Assembly: GCA_963693365.1 (NCBI GenBank)
Contig: CAVNZM010000011.1
Location: forward strand, 9,206,664 to 9,270,663
Source of the DNA: Amoebidium appalachense
Lineage: Eukaryota; Protista; Ichthyosporea
Reading direction: 5' to 3'
Length of the DNA: 64,000 nt
The translations under genes were made by a program, and so were the position numbers. Below the pieces are notes generated by a model. It had not been told where the DNA came from and made no database searches. It worked only from the letters and a program-made list of their open reading frames with translations. This document shows, piece after piece, positions 37,412 to 58,565 of this stretch. How positions within the stretch are numbered: position 1 is the first letter of the stretch; every line of letters starts with the position of its first letter.

Positions 37412-40400
37412 TGTCGAACAGGATAGCCATCCGGTATGCCCTGCGTTAGCGTAGCACTAGTGATCGGGAATATTCGAGATATTCGGGATAAACTGGTGGA
37501 TAGGTTCACGATAGATCAGGATAGATCTAGAAGAGTCTAGAAGATTCTATTGGAGTGTTTTGATTGGTAGCGACTAGATCCATAGCGGCGGGTAGACCAA
37601 TCGGGAATAGTATGTAACATTCCAGTTAGCCAGACCACAAGTATATAAATGTCCCGGCAGGCCAGTCAATGTAAGTCAGCAAATAATAAAGTCTCACAGA
37701 GAAACCTCTAAGTTACGGTTATGGGCCCAGTGCAACGCTACGATCAAGCGACTGTTGAGACAAGATGGGAAGAGCAAAATGTCCAGTTCCCATGTATGAA
37801 GGAGAAGGCAAGGGCAAAATCTCCTACTCAATGTGGGCCATGCGCATGAAGTGCTTCCTCGAGGGCGAGGAATTATGGTACACGATTGAAGACGTGGCTC
37901 CTGAAGTGATAGGAGAGGACGGCGAACCGGTGGAGCAACCTCCGGTGGAGATCGACCCCTTGGATCAGAAGAAGGCGACTTCCTACCTGGTGGAGACACT
38001 AGGTGATGTACCTGCAAGCCTGTGTCGGCGAGCTATTGCCGTAGGAAATCCCAAGGACATATGGGATACGGTAGCATCATACGCTGCGCGCAACACAGAT
38101 GAGCACAAGAGAATGTTGATTCAACAGTTCTGGCGTGCTGATATGATGCCGACGGAAAGCGTGCTGGAGTATGCGGCCCGCCTGGAGTGCATTGTGCAGG
38201 ATCTTCTTCATATCGATCCCAATGGAGTTAGTGAGGACATGGTTGCCGAGAAATTCCTGGACGGTGTAGGCGCTGACGACCGATTCCGCACCGACGTTAG
38301 GACCATTCAAGCTTTACCAGCAGCTGAGAAGACAATGGAAAAGATAATCGCCAAGCTGCGTGGTTTTGAGGAGAACGAGGCTGCAAGGGAACAGCAGCGG
38401 GTGATGATGACCAGCACCCAATGGCGCGGCGGTACGCCACGACAGGACACCGGCAAGCCGCGCGTGACTGACATATCCAAGGTGGAGTGTTACAAATGTC
38501 ACAAGTTTGGGCACTACAAGTCACAGTGTCCAAAGAAGAAGAAGGGCGGCAATCGCGGCGACAAGGCGAAGCAGAACGGAGCTTCCAAGGAGATACTCGC
38601 CATGGCGGTAAACAGCGGACTCCCTTCTTCAACTGAGTGGTATTGGGACTGCGGCGCAACCTCCCATGTCACATGCCGAAAGGACTGGATGGAAGACTTC
38701 CGGTCGATCACACCCAAACCCGTCGCTCTGGGTAACACCCCGGGTGTGATGGCGCTAGGAATAGGCGTCGTAAGATTAACAAGTGAGTTCCAGGGCAACA
38801 GCATGACATTTAGACTGCAGAATGTGCTGTACGTGCCAGCATTTGGAACTAACGTGATGTCGGCTTCAAGCGCCGGCAAGCACGGGTTAAGAGGCATCAC
38901 CGACGGTCGACAGTGTACGATTGAGAGTGCCACAGATGGCCAAGTTGTGGCCCGTGGGGTAGTGGAGGGAGGCCTGTATCGTCTCCTAGTGAAACCCGTA
39001 TGTGAGAGCGTGAACATGGTGACCACTGCAGTCGGCAGCAGTGGGGGTAACACCGTGTGTGAGCCGGTAAAGGGCAGCGCCAGTTTATGGCACCGGCGGT
39101 TTGGTCATGTGGCAATAAACACGCTACAGAAGATGGTTAAAGAAAACATCGTCGAGGGTCTGTGCATCGACTGCAAAACCCAGGATGACGGTGTGTGCGA
39201 GGGATGCGCGAGAGGGAAGCAAGCCCGGCTCTCTTTCAGTAAGCTACCCCGCAAGACAGCGCCAGCGAAGCTCGACAGAGTTCATTCTGATGTGGCAGGA
39301 CCGTTCAACAAGGAGTCGCTGCAAGGTTCCAAGTATTATGTCACCTTCATCGACGACAAGACAAGGTTCACTACGGTGTACTTCATGAAACATAAATCCC
39401 AAGTGCATACTTACTTCAAGAAGTACAAGGCACACGTAGAGAAGCAACACGGTGCCAGCATCAAGATTCTGCGTTCCGACAACGGGGGTGAGTACACCTC
39501 CACTGAGTTCAAGTCGTTCCTGGAAGCGTGCGGCATTGAACATGAGGCGACAGTCCCTTACACACCAGAGCAGAATGGTGTAGCAGAGAGGGCTAACAGG
39601 ACCATTGTCGAGACGGCGCGCTGCATGCTGCAGTCAGCAGGCATGAGTATGGGGTTCTGGCAGCTAGCAGTACAGGCAGCTGTGTACATCAAGAACCTGA
39701 CGCCAACCACAGTACTGGGTGGCATGACACCTTGGGAGGCATGGTATGGAGAGAAGCCCGATGTTAGCCATCTACGTGTATTTGGTAGCAAGGCATTTGT
39801 CCATGTGCCGAAGGACGAGCGCAGGAAGCTAGACGCCAAGAGTCGGGAGTGTAAATTCGTCGGCTACACAGGTGACAGCAAGACGTACTTGTTGTGGGAC
39901 ACCGAGGCGCGCAAGACTATCGTCGGGCGAGATGTGGTGATCGATGAATCATGCACCCCAAAGGCCGGTATTCCGGTGGTGCAAGATGAGCCAATGGAAT
40001 TGCTGATGCATAAGCCAATCGGAAATCAGCAGAGCTTGGAATCGAGGAATCCAATCAGCGTCAAGAAGCAACATTCCTTTCGGAAGCCTGCAATCGGCAC
40101 TGACAGTGGATATGATTCAGATGCTATCGGCGACGGCGCGGGCGAGGACAGCGGCGATTCGGACGCGGCAGGGTCAGGAGACGAGGAAGATAGTGCAGAG
40201 TTGCAGGTTGCAACCAGAAGTGCCTATCCGTCTATGACTACAAGGCGCGGTGGGACCTACGGCATCAACGCAGGTGTAGTAGAGTACCGCGACAGTATCA
40301 GCATGGCAATTGAGAGTGCTGATAGCAATGAGGATGACCCTGTGACACTGGAAGAAGCAATCTCCAGGCCAGCATCAAACACATCGACGTTCAGTACCAC

Positions 40401-40980
40401 TACACCCGTGAGTGTGTGGAGAATGGGGATGTAGAACTTGTGTATTGCAGCACGAACAGTAACGTGGCCGACATGTGCACCAAAGCTTTAGGGAGACTTA
40501 AGTTAGTGCAGCATCGGCAGGCCATCGGCATGGCTGAGTAAGAACTACAATTAGTGTAGTGTTAATGTTCGTGTAGTAGGTGTTATATGTGTTAGTATAG
40601 TAGCATAGTTTTAGAGTTGCATCTTAGGTTTAGGTTGCATGCGGTAGATAGATAGAACACAGTGCAAGTGGGGGTGTCGAACAGGATAGCCATCCGGTAT
40701 GCCCTGCGTTAGCGTAGCACTAGTGATCGGGAATATTCGAGATATTCGGGATAAACTGGTGGATAGGTTCACGATAGATCAGGATAGATCTAGAAGAGTC
40801 TAGAAGATTCTATTGGAGTGTTTTGATTGGTAGCGACTAGATCCATAGCGGCGGGTAGACCAATCGGGAATAGTATGTAACATTCCAGTTAGCCAGACCA
40901 CAAGTATATAAAGGTCCCGGCAGGCCAGTCAATGTAAGTCAGCAAATAATAAAGTCTCACAGAGAAACCTCTAAGTTACA
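37412..40980 (+). mobile_element. Ty1/copia LTR retrotransposon with internal deletion of RT
   Basis: LTRs 37412-37716 and 40675-40980 (TG...CA; the 5' LTR lacks the final A, and I saw one substitution). PBS GGTTATGGGCCCAGT at 37717-37731, purine-rich tract before the 3' LTR, GGGGG on both flanks. Confidence 0.96.
37765..40434 (+). CDS. Copia gag-protease-integrase polyprotein (889 aa, RT absent)
   Basis: Zn knuckle CYKCHKFGHYKSQC, protease WDCGATSH, pre-integrase WHRRFGH/CEGC, integrase HSDV...SDNGGEY...NGVAER, SH3-like KLDAKS. Homology stops at DPVTLEEAISRP. An RNase H tail (KHIDVQYHY...ADMCTKAL) lies out of frame at 40371-40541. Confidence 0.95.
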   Translation: MGRAKCPVPMYEGEGKGKISYSMWAMRMKCFLEGEELWYTIEDVAPEVIGEDGEPVEQPPVEIDPLDQKKATSYLVETLGDVPASLCRRAIAVGNPKDIWDTVASYAARNTDEHKRMLIQQFWRADMMPTESVLEYAARLECIVQDLLHIDPNGVSEDMVAEKFLDGVGADDRFRTDVRTIQALPAAEKTMEKIIAKLRGFEENEAAREQQRVMMTSTQWRGGTPRQDTGKPRVTDISKVECYKCHKFGHYKSQCPKKKKGGNRGDKAKQNGASKEILAMAVNSGLPSSTEWYWDCGATSHVTCRKDWMEDFRSITPKPVALGNTPGVMALGIGVVRLTSEFQGNSMTFRLQNVLYVPAFGTNVMSASSAGKHGLRGITDGRQCTIESATDGQVVARGVVEGGLYRLLVKPVCESVNMVTTAVGSSGGNTVCEPVKGSASLWHRRFGHVAINTLQKMVKENIVEGLCIDCKTQDDGVCEGCARGKQARLSFSKLPRKTAPAKLDRVHSDVAGPFNKESLQGSKYYVTFIDDKTRFTTVYFMKHKSQVHTYFKKYKAHVEKQHGASIKILRSDNGGEYTSTEFKSFLEACGIEHEATVPYTPEQNGVAERANRTIVETARCMLQSAGMSMGFWQLAVQAAVYIKNLTPTTVLGGMTPWEAWYGEKPDVSHLRVFGSKAFVHVPKDERRKLDAKSRECKFVGYTGDSKTYLLWDTEARKTIVGRDVVIDESCTPKAGIPVVQDEPMELLMHKPIGNQQSLESRNPISVKKQHSFRKPAIGTDSGYDSDAIGDGAGEDSGDSDAAGSGDEEDSAELQVATRSAYPSMTTRRGGTYGINAGVVEYRDSISMAIESADSNEDDPVTLEEAISRPASNTSTFSTTTPVSVWRMGM

Positions 40981-41491
40981 GGGGGGGGAGGGGAGGGGGG
41001 GGGGGGGGGGGGGGGGGATGTCACTGGTCTGTAAATATACTGTGTTTTTGTTGGAGTGTGTTTTCAAAGCTTTCCGGACTCGGACACCGTCTGCAACAAA
41101 GTGTCCTCACCTAGCCCCGTGCATCCCATGTGTTCGGAATACCAGTCTCTCTCCGCTAATAATTTCTAAAAAGTTGGATGGTATTTTTATCTGAGTTTCT
41201 TACTAATATTATGCTGTCCACACCACACGACATACCACACATGCCATATGTCCTAAAACATGCCGCACTACACACCAATATTTGGTTTAGGTCAGTAGTG
41301 TTTTCCACATTACTCCTACTTAGGGCTGTTGCTGTCCGCTAGAATTATCTCGAACCAGGGTGCTACTATATATATGTCCACTATCGAGCTACCATATATG
41401 GGTCTCTTCAAACATATGACCCATGCCAATCATTATGATTCACGAGCACGATGATTTTAAGCCACAAATACATGTTGGGCATCATCGGACC

Positions 41492-49648
<8,157 letters not shown>

Positions 49649-49865
49649 TCTGTGGCCATAGTCCAACAAAGGGAAATTTAATCAGTGAAGGTTAGAAGGT
49701 GACGTTATAATCTTTAGCATAAACGAACAGAAGAATTAAATTTAAACTCAGGGTTGCAGGACTCTGCAAGACGGCGTACAAGAGCCTGTCACCTCCGTCG
49801 AGTTTTTTGTGTTGACTAAATTAGTAGTTTTTGTTTGTTTGTTGTTTAGACTGGTGCGTGATTAT

Positions 49866-49890
49866 CCAATAGATGGGTGACATGACGTCA
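49866..49890. promoter_or_regulatory. CCAAT box and palindromic CRE-like TGACGTCA upstream of the carboxypeptidase
   Basis: CCAAT at 49866-49870 and TGACGTCA at 49883-49890, about 220-240 bp upstream of the ATG. Motif match only. Confidence 0.3.
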
Positions 49891-50121
49891 CCAGGACTGA
49901 GGGAGTCCGTCCAAGGCCTCCTATCGATACAAGAGTCCGTTACATTCAAAAACCCAAACAAAATAACAATTTTACACGGAAAAAGTGTAAGCATTCACCA
50001 CACACTTGAGATTTCGTGCCACTATCCCCCCCCCCCAAACACATGCACACATCCACCCTAGAAAATGTCCACAAGGGACACGGTGGCCCCACGGGGGGAG
50101 GGGGTGGGGGAGAAGGGGAAA

Positions 50122-50162
<41 letters not shown>

Positions 50163-51258
50163 TAACATAACGGTCGAAGAAACTTCAGATTCTAGACCCT
50201 ACAGAGAATTTACTTGTTATCTGGAAAGCGTGTGGTCCCTGTGCCCTTTTATTAGACTTACAATACATATCCAAACCTTTGTCTTCCCGGCATGTGAATT
50301 TTGATTATGTACTTACCCCGGTCTCGCTGCATGGAGTGAGTAAAAAAAAAAATCAGGGCGCTTAAACCCTTTTCCTTCAAAGTTCAAGTTTCCCGTTTTA
50401 TCTAACAACTGTTATAAACCTGGGTCTGTAACTCTCGCTATATGGTTTGGTCACAATAGCTGCTAGAGTATCCCCACTTACACTCATATTGCATTCTGAG
50501 TAAAACTGGCCATGGCTTTTCTCACTGATGGTATTATTGACCTCCTACCACACTTAACAGTACAAAACACCCGCGTGCCCGCAAACTACACAACACAAGC
50601 GGAGATCTAATGTTATTGTAAGATGGCATCGCTTGCACACCCATGCCGCGTATACACATTAGTTTCAACGGTAATATATTACTTTGAATGTAGACTGTTA
50701 GACCACATAATACCGCAGCCTCAGCGACACAAGACACATTCACAGTCAAGTTATGACACCCAGACACATAGCCCTAAATACGTGTGAAAGTGTGTGTGTG
50801 TCCAAAAATGTATGCGCCCAGTGGGGAGATCCAGACTGGAGACGTGTCCTGCTCAGGCCTCCAAAGGGAGGCAGCTCCACTAGAGGGGGGGGGGGGGGGG
50901 GGGGGGGAGGGAAGGGGGGAGGGAACTCGAGCGTGATTGTATTGTGTAGCCTGAGTCTCAGGTGATCGAGGACCCCTATTAGTGAGCCCCAGTGTAATTC
51001 AATGATTTTGAGAATGTATGATATTGGGTAAATTATGGTACTAAAAGATTCTAGCTAGGGGTTACTGAGTAAGGGGGAAAAAAAGAAAACGGACGGGGGA
51101 GGGGGAGGGGGAGGGGAGGGGAGGGAAGGGTTAGGGAGGCTCCGACTTCCTTCTATACCTCTGTGCGTGCAAATGTGTACATATCTGTGCGTAGGTGTGA
51201 ATTTTGCATACATGTGCAACGGGCTGTGTTTGTGTGGTGTAAGAATGTTTGTGTGTGT

Positions 51259-51299
<41 letters not shown>

Positions 51300-51701
51300 C
51301 GTATATGTTTTATGTGTGTGTTGGTGTGGCGCTGCGTGTGTGTGTGTGCGTGACACGATGTATGTGTGTGTGTGAGTGAGCGCGAGTGCGAGACTGGTGT
51401 GTGTAACGGTTTCAAATTGTTTGTTTGTTTGTTTGTTCGTGTGGCATAAATAGAAGCGTAACAAGTTTGTGTGCGATTTCGGCTCACGTTTTCGGAAACA
51501 GCATGCCTGCACAATGTCATCACTAGGTGTGCTTTTAACTTTAGTAGGGCTTTCCCACTCTCTGGCCAGCGTACACTGTGGTACAGTAAAGCAACACATG
51601 TACAGTGTCGTGCAATGCACGGCCGCCAACGCAATGCCAGCACCCCCCCCCCCCCCCCCCCCCCCCCCCCTCTCCCCCCCCTTCCCCCCCCCCCCTCCCC
51701 C

Positions 51702-51733
<32 letters not shown>

Positions 51734-51789
51734 AAATAAAATAAAAAAGCACACCCCCACCTGCGCCAACCACTTTTGAATACGTCCCC

Positions 51790-51853
<64 letters not shown>

Positions 51854-51972
51854 ACCACCAATACCCCCACAAAAAAAAAAAAAAAAAAAAAAATCCTCGA
51901 CCTCATCCTATTCCTCCACCTGCGCCACCTTAGCATCAGTGCCTAGAGGCCGCTGGTCGGGGTCCCTCAGGG

Positions 51973-52007
<35 letters not shown>

Positions 52008-52364
52008 ATAAAGAAAAGAAAAGACAATGAACCCTGCGGCCAAGGAACCGTAATAATATGTATTAGGCCTTCCCTCGATTTACATATTAACATAAAAATG
52101 AGTGACCCCTGTATCTGGTGTAGCCATGGCTAGCTGTGGGAAGGGTCCCCCCTCCCCTCTCCCCCTGCTACATAGGAGAGGTGGCGGCTCCCCCCAACCC
52201 CCTCTCTCCCCCCCTCCCCCCCCCCCCCCCGGATCCCCTCCCTTCGTTCTTCTTTCGGGGGCCGGGGAGGGGGAGGGGGGGGGGGGAGGAGGGGGAGAAC
52301 CCTTCCATAGGAGGGGGAGATGCCCAACAATACTACTAACCCCCTTTCCGTTTCAGTTTTAAGT

Positions 52365-52476
52365 TTCCCCAAATGATTTTGTTCATCGGATGTACGGAAC
52401 CTCATCATGATATAGAGTAAGAAAGTCCTGATGCATAATTACCCGACCTGCATGCAACCCCTGAGGGATATACCGA

Positions 52477-52507
<31 letters not shown>

Positions 52508-52555
52508 AATGCCTGATATCGGTCTCTGTGCCTCGAGTAAGCAGCGTAAGCCCCC
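52365..52555 (+). mobile_element. Solitary 3' end related to family B retroelement
   Basis: Ends GCCTCGAGTAAGCAGCGTAAGCCCCC versus GCCTCGAGTAAACAGCGTAAACCCC at the 4372 end of family B. Similarity extends about 190 bp. Confidence 0.75.
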
Positions 52556-53280
52556 TATGTTACATGCACACAAAGTGTGCCTTGGTATGTCCGGGTGTGT
52601 GTGTACGTGTGCTTGCGACACTGTGTGTGTGTGTGTGTGTATGTGTGTGTGTATGGGTGTGTGTGCGTGCGTGCGTGTGTGAGGAGAGTGAGATGAAGTG
52701 TTTGCATGCGCAGTTTGGAATGTGGGTGCACATATTTGTGGGTGTGTCCCTTTATCGGCCACCGGCGGCGGGGTTGGGGAGGGAAGAGGGGGAGCCTCGG
52801 GAGGGGCGTGGGGGGGGGGGGGGGGGGGGGGGGGAGGGGGGGGGGGGTTGGCTGGGGAACCAGCAGTGCACGTGCATGACTGACAAATACCGTGTGAGGT
52901 CGTGCTATTTCTTTGAACTCATGTTTCGCTGCCAGTTAAACTTGGATTTGTCATTTGCAAGGGTATTTCGATGAACATAGCCATGGAACTTTTCGCCCAT
53001 TCTCCTGCGAACGGTGTCGGTCAATGCATAATGTGCTGTGTATTTTCGACGTTTATGCCATGGTGAGCTGTGTCTCCAAAAGAGCTGTGTCTCCTTCCAC
53101 CCAACAAGGTGCATTCGTAGAAAGAGAAGTTACAGGATAGTACTTCATTCATCATATTAGGAGACGTAACCGTTCACGGTCTTTTTTTTTTGTGTGTGTC
53201 GACGTCGACCCTCGCCACGGCCTTTCAGAGGGCCGTGCCCTCGCAGCTTGACTAGTCCTACACTGCCCTGGTTATCTGTG

Positions 53281-53350
53281 TGATTGGCTCTTACGGTTGC
53301 AATAAAAATATGATTGGTGATCTCGCTTATTGGCTTCGTTGATTGGATTT
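53281..53350. promoter_or_regulatory. Cluster of four ATTGG (CCAAT) boxes
   Basis: Four ATTGG within 70 bp of repeat-free sequence about 600 bp upstream of the ITFG1 ATG. Motif match only. Confidence 0.3.
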
Positions 53351-53937
53351 TTGTTACGCAACCGTTATGAAAATTTTCAAGTTCCCGCAAACTTTCGAAT
53401 TCCCGAGGGGCAAAGCACTCATGATCAGCAGCAGCGCAATTTCACACCTAAACTTGCTATGTGTAAGGCGCTCAGTTTCATAGAATTAGGGAGTTAGATT
53501 GTCCTGTTGCTAAATTTTATAGAGCAGGGCTGAAATTACCACACATCACTGCAGGTCTCAGGAGGAAAGGAACTACTGGCCTCGACCCAAGTTTACAGCA
53601 GAACGTTCACAGATTTATCGTATGCATACATTGACCTGTAGTTAAATTTCATGTCTTGCTGCTGTTGCAGCGTTACGCTTAAGCTTCAAGTAACTGCGCA
53701 TGAGGCGATCCATGCCTGTTGTGATTTTCCAACAGATGCGAATGAAAGTTTGGTTCCAAAAACCCGCACACCTTTTTGTTGATCACACCCACAACCGTCA
53801 CTTCTAAACGGTCTAGGCCTGCATCCATCACACGTTCACGGTCTGGACCTGAAAGCTTTTGCTGCACAGACATAATCAAACATCTACTGAAACTCTACTT
53901 TTCGGAAAGTTAACATTTTCCCTTTTTTCACATTACG

Positions 53938-54219
53938 ATGGGTCCACCCGGGCCCCTTTTAGGGGCCGGAGTAGTGCTTTGTTTTCTGGCGACCTGCCAT
54001 GGGAGTTGGTTGGACAGCACAGCCGGCGCACAACTAGGTGGGGATGTAGGGCGTCTTGTGGCGTTTGGGGACTTCAATGCAGACAGAAGGTGAGAGTTCG
54101 TTGTTGGCATGTTTTTTTTTTATGGTTTTCTTTTTTTTTTGTTACTGAGTTTGTGACGGATGTTGTTTTGTCTTTCGAAGTCTCCACTTTCCCAACCCTA
54201 CAACACACATCTCAGAGCC

Positions 54220-54254
<35 letters not shown>

Positions 54255-54427
54255 CGCCCCTCCCTCCCTCCCCTTAGAATGGGCTCTGCTTATGACACTA
54301 CTCTTTATGTGTACTTTCAAATTGCACGCATTGCCCGTCATTGCTGTATGCTTTGTGCTCTGGCATCAGATCCCCCCATCTCCCCCCTGCCCCCCTCCCC
54401 CCTCCCAACCTCCTCCTCCCCCCCCCC

Positions 54428-54459
<32 letters not shown>

Positions 54460-54831
54460 ACCAGACACAGTCTGCCCACCTTTGCTCACCTTTCCCTTTT
54501 CTCGTTTCAATTTTTCCTTTACCCATCTTATTAGCGGCCTTGCGTATTTATTGGCGTTGTAAGATACCCACCAGTTTTATCCCCCTCCCTCCCCCCGTCT
54601 CATCCCTCTTCCACATTAAATTCTCTGCCTCCCTCCCTACACACATGTACATCTACCAGCCACTACCGCACACTACTCTGCATGCGGGAGGTGAGGGGAA
54701 GTTGGCAAGGGGTGCGGGGGGAGGGGGGGGGGGGGAGGGAGGGAGGGAGGGACGTTTGATAAAGGAGTTGTTCTTGTCTCTTGTCTTTTTTGTTTTTTAC
54801 TGGTCCAATGTTTTTACCAAATACTTCTGAG

Positions 54832-54863
<32 letters not shown>

Positions 54864-55892
54864 TCACCTCAAACACACACACTTGTCTCATTATATCTCT
54901 GAGACCTTTTGTGTTTCGTCTTTTGGTGTCTCCTCGTTCATATTTCCAACCCTCTAATGCATCCCCCCCCCCCCCCCCCCCATCCAAACAAAAACAAACA
55001 AACAAACAAACAAACAAACAAACAAACAAACAAAAAAAATAAGGAAGAAGAAGAAGAAGAAGAAGCATTACAAGTATTCTGCACCCTGTCACGGTTGAAA
55101 TACTCTTCTGCTAATGTCAAATACATTCTTGCCGGAAGAAACACTGTTCTCGCATCACACACTTGCCCTACCCCTTATCGCTGTACTCAAAATGCCCCAT
55201 AATGGCCACACAACTGTTACATGATAATGTGGTGCAAAATGCGAACTTAATGACTACTTGATTGAAAATATCGGGCCGATATTCCTCATTCTTCTTGTCT
55301 GGTACAGGACAGACCTTTTTGTTGTTGAGACCAACACAAAGGTTTCGGTGAAGCTTGCAGAGGGCAACACGTTCAATCCACCAGTAGCATCATGTGATCT
55401 GTCTGAGGTAAGGAAGCGTCACACTGGGGTGGCTCATATCTTCTATGGCTGATTGTCTATGTTCAATCAACCTCCCATGACGGTCCATAGCCAAGACGCC
55501 GAAACCCGATCTCTGTGACACTGTTTTCTTCCTGCACAACTGTGGTACTGTTTGCCGTGTGTTTTTCGGTGTTTTTGTTGCTTTCAGTGGTTGTGTTTTG
55601 AAGTGATCGCTTCCATGCTTGCCGCCCTCTTAAAAAATGGCTTGATGTAGGGGGTGTTTTATACCTTTGTGACGTTTTGTGGTTTTGTTTTTAAAAGTGT
55701 TTCCTCGTCCGTGTTTCCCACCCTGTAATGCGTAACCTCCCCCCCCCCCCCCCCTCCCCTCCCCCCCCCCCCCCCCCCCCCCGCTGTGCCTCCTCGACTT
55801 TTCCAACCCTCTGATACATACACCCCCCCCTCCCACCGCACCGCCCTCTTGCCTGCCCTCCCCCCGCCCTTCTCCCACCCCCCTGTGTGTCC

Positions 55893-55923
<31 letters not shown>

Positions 55924-56176
55924 ACATTCTTGCCCCTTGCTACAGCTATCAGCGAGTGCGCAGATTGTCAACACGGTGGCTTCTGACTTCAACTTTGATG
56001 GCCGCCTGGACGTCCTCTTGGCATACACAGACAGCCAGCCGGGGGTGGCGTTAGCGCTGTGTAGAGGAAACCTCACAACACTTGGTATGTGAACTTAGAA
56101 TGGTGGGGTGTGTGGAGTTTGTGGTAGGAATGGTGAAACTCAGGTGGGGGGATGTGTGGAACTGGGTGGTGTGTGT

Positions 56177-56229
<53 letters not shown>

Positions 56230-56236
56230 TGCGCGC

Positions 56237-56303
<67 letters not shown>

Positions 56304-56775
56304 TGTGCACGCGTTGTGTGTGTGTGTGTTGGGGGGGAGGGGGTGGGGGGGGGGGGGGGGGGGTGGGGGGAGGGATTGGTGGGAAGGGTATGTGAAAATT
56401 GAATGGGGTGTGAGTGTGGAATTTGGGTGGTTGTATTATGTCAAACCTAGGTGCCTTGTGGGGTGTGTGAGATTTGGGTGATCAGGTGTATGAAATTAGG
56501 GTGGTGGGGTTGTGCAATTTGGAGCTCGGGTATGTGGAATTTTGGTGGGTGTGGTGTGTGCAGTTTAGGTGGCGGAAGAATGTAGAATTTGGGTGGCGGT
56601 GTCTCTTGCACGGTGTTTGGTGCAATGCACAAGAGAGCGCAAGGGATTCAAACCTGCTCTTATCCTTTCGTTGGGTGTATGGGATATTGTTCACGGTCCT
56701 CTTGGTTTCTGTGTTTACTTTGCTCTGTTTATTTCCTTTTTTTTTTTTTTTTTTTTTTTTTTAGGAAGGGAAGGT

Positions 56776-56824
<49 letters not shown>

Positions 56825-57277
56825 TCTTCATTGGACGTGTCCCCCTCGCCCCCCCACGTCCCCTCAACCCAGAGGAGCACACACACCCACACACCCACAC
56901 ATACAAGTAAACACACACGCACACACGCGCACCCCACACCCCACACCCCACACCCCGCCGGCACGCACGCCCGCCCGCCCGCCCGCACGCACACACGCAC
57001 GCACGCATGCACGTACGCACACACGCACACACGCACGCACCACGTACGCACGCACACACACATGCACACAGCACGTACGCACACCCGTGCGCGCCCCCAA
57101 CGGGAATTCCATGTTTAGCTGCTTGTCTGTATCAATCTGTATGTGCATGCATGTTTGTGTATATGCTTGGTGGTTGGGCTGTGATTATGTTTGTTAGTTT
57201 CTTTTCTTGTGCCACACACGTTTCCTGTGTTGCATGTCCTGTGGAGGAAGGGTGGGGAGGGTGGGCGGGCGGGTGGT

Positions 57278-57323
<46 letters not shown>

Positions 57324-58534
57324 GCCTTTTGTTTTCTATATTGTTTTGTGACTTGCCCTAATTTCTTGTTGTTTGTTTCGTTAGATACCCCGCAAGCCAT
57401 TGGCCGACTCAAGGACCAAGGGCTGGTGATGGAATTCACTGGAGATGACATACCGGACATATTTGGGGAGAGTCTGGAAGGGGTCCGGGGGACGTGGGTC
57501 TACAACACAACATCGGCAGCATACGATTTGTAAGAACCGACCCCCCCTCCGGCCCCTAAAACCCCCCCCTGCCTATGGGCTCTGCTCTAGTGTCTTCTGC
57601 CGGCACCCCTTTTTTAATGTTCGTTTTTATGGTTTGATTTCGGATTTCTCGTTTTTGTGACGTTTTGTAGTTCTCTATGTTTCCAGCCCTCTAATCCCCC
57701 CCCCCCCCCTCCCCCCCGGGGCCCCCCAACTCTCCCCCCTTCCCCTCCCCCTCTCTCTCTCCCCCTCCCCCCCCCCTGCCCCCCCGCCCCTTCTCTATAG
57801 GTTAGGGAGTTGGGGAGCTTTGTAGAAGCCCGGCTTATGCTCTATTTCTCTACTTGTTTTCTTCGTTTCTGTCTGCTTGCAGATTTTGTAGGCTCTGTGT
57901 TCTTATATTGCTGCTCCTTGAACAACCCTGCTCGTCTTTGGCCAACACGGGTGGCCTCGCCTATTGCTGTTGAAACGAAGTGTGGATTGGGAACCACACG
58001 CGAGAGGTTTAAGGAGTCGAAACCCATGTTTTGTGGAGGCATAGGAACCCGCCTGATGATGGGCTCTGTTCAAGTGTCTTCTGCCTGCACGCTTCTCATT
58101 TTTGCGACGTTTTTGCTGTTGCTCTTTGTTGTCTCCTCCACATTTCCAACCCTCAAACGCACATACCCCCCCCCCCCCCCCCCCCCCCAACCCCGACCTG
58201 GCCGGGGCCACTGAGTAGAAAAAACATTGTCGAAACCGATGCTTTTATAGAGGCATAGGGACTTCTCTGCAAATGGCTTCTCTTGTAGTGTTTTTTGCAT
58301 GTTTTGTTCCCATAATTGTTTCTGGAGATTTTTTCCCCCCACGATTGCCCCCATCTCATGCATCCTTCCGGGAACCATACGCGAGAGGTTAAAGAATCGG
58401 AACCCATGCTTTTGTGGAGGCTTAGTTCAAGTGTTTTCTGCCTTCACGCTAATTTTGGGTTTCTCATTTTTTGTGACGTTTTGTTGTTGTCCTTTGTTGT
58501 CTTGTCCATATTCCCAACACTCTAACGCACACAT

Positions 58535-58565
<31 letters not shown>

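Noticed and set aside
35651-41327. Terminal inverted repeats around the EXO1-SWIM relic (AGCCCTAGTA versus TACTTAGGGCT)
   Set aside because: Only about 10 bp with an indel and no target duplication; too weak to call.
51900-53160. Minus-strand gene or C/D snoRNA in non-repetitive islands
   Set aside because: Stops occur in the candidate frames, no consistent exon chain forms, and the ATGATGA has no matching box D nearby.
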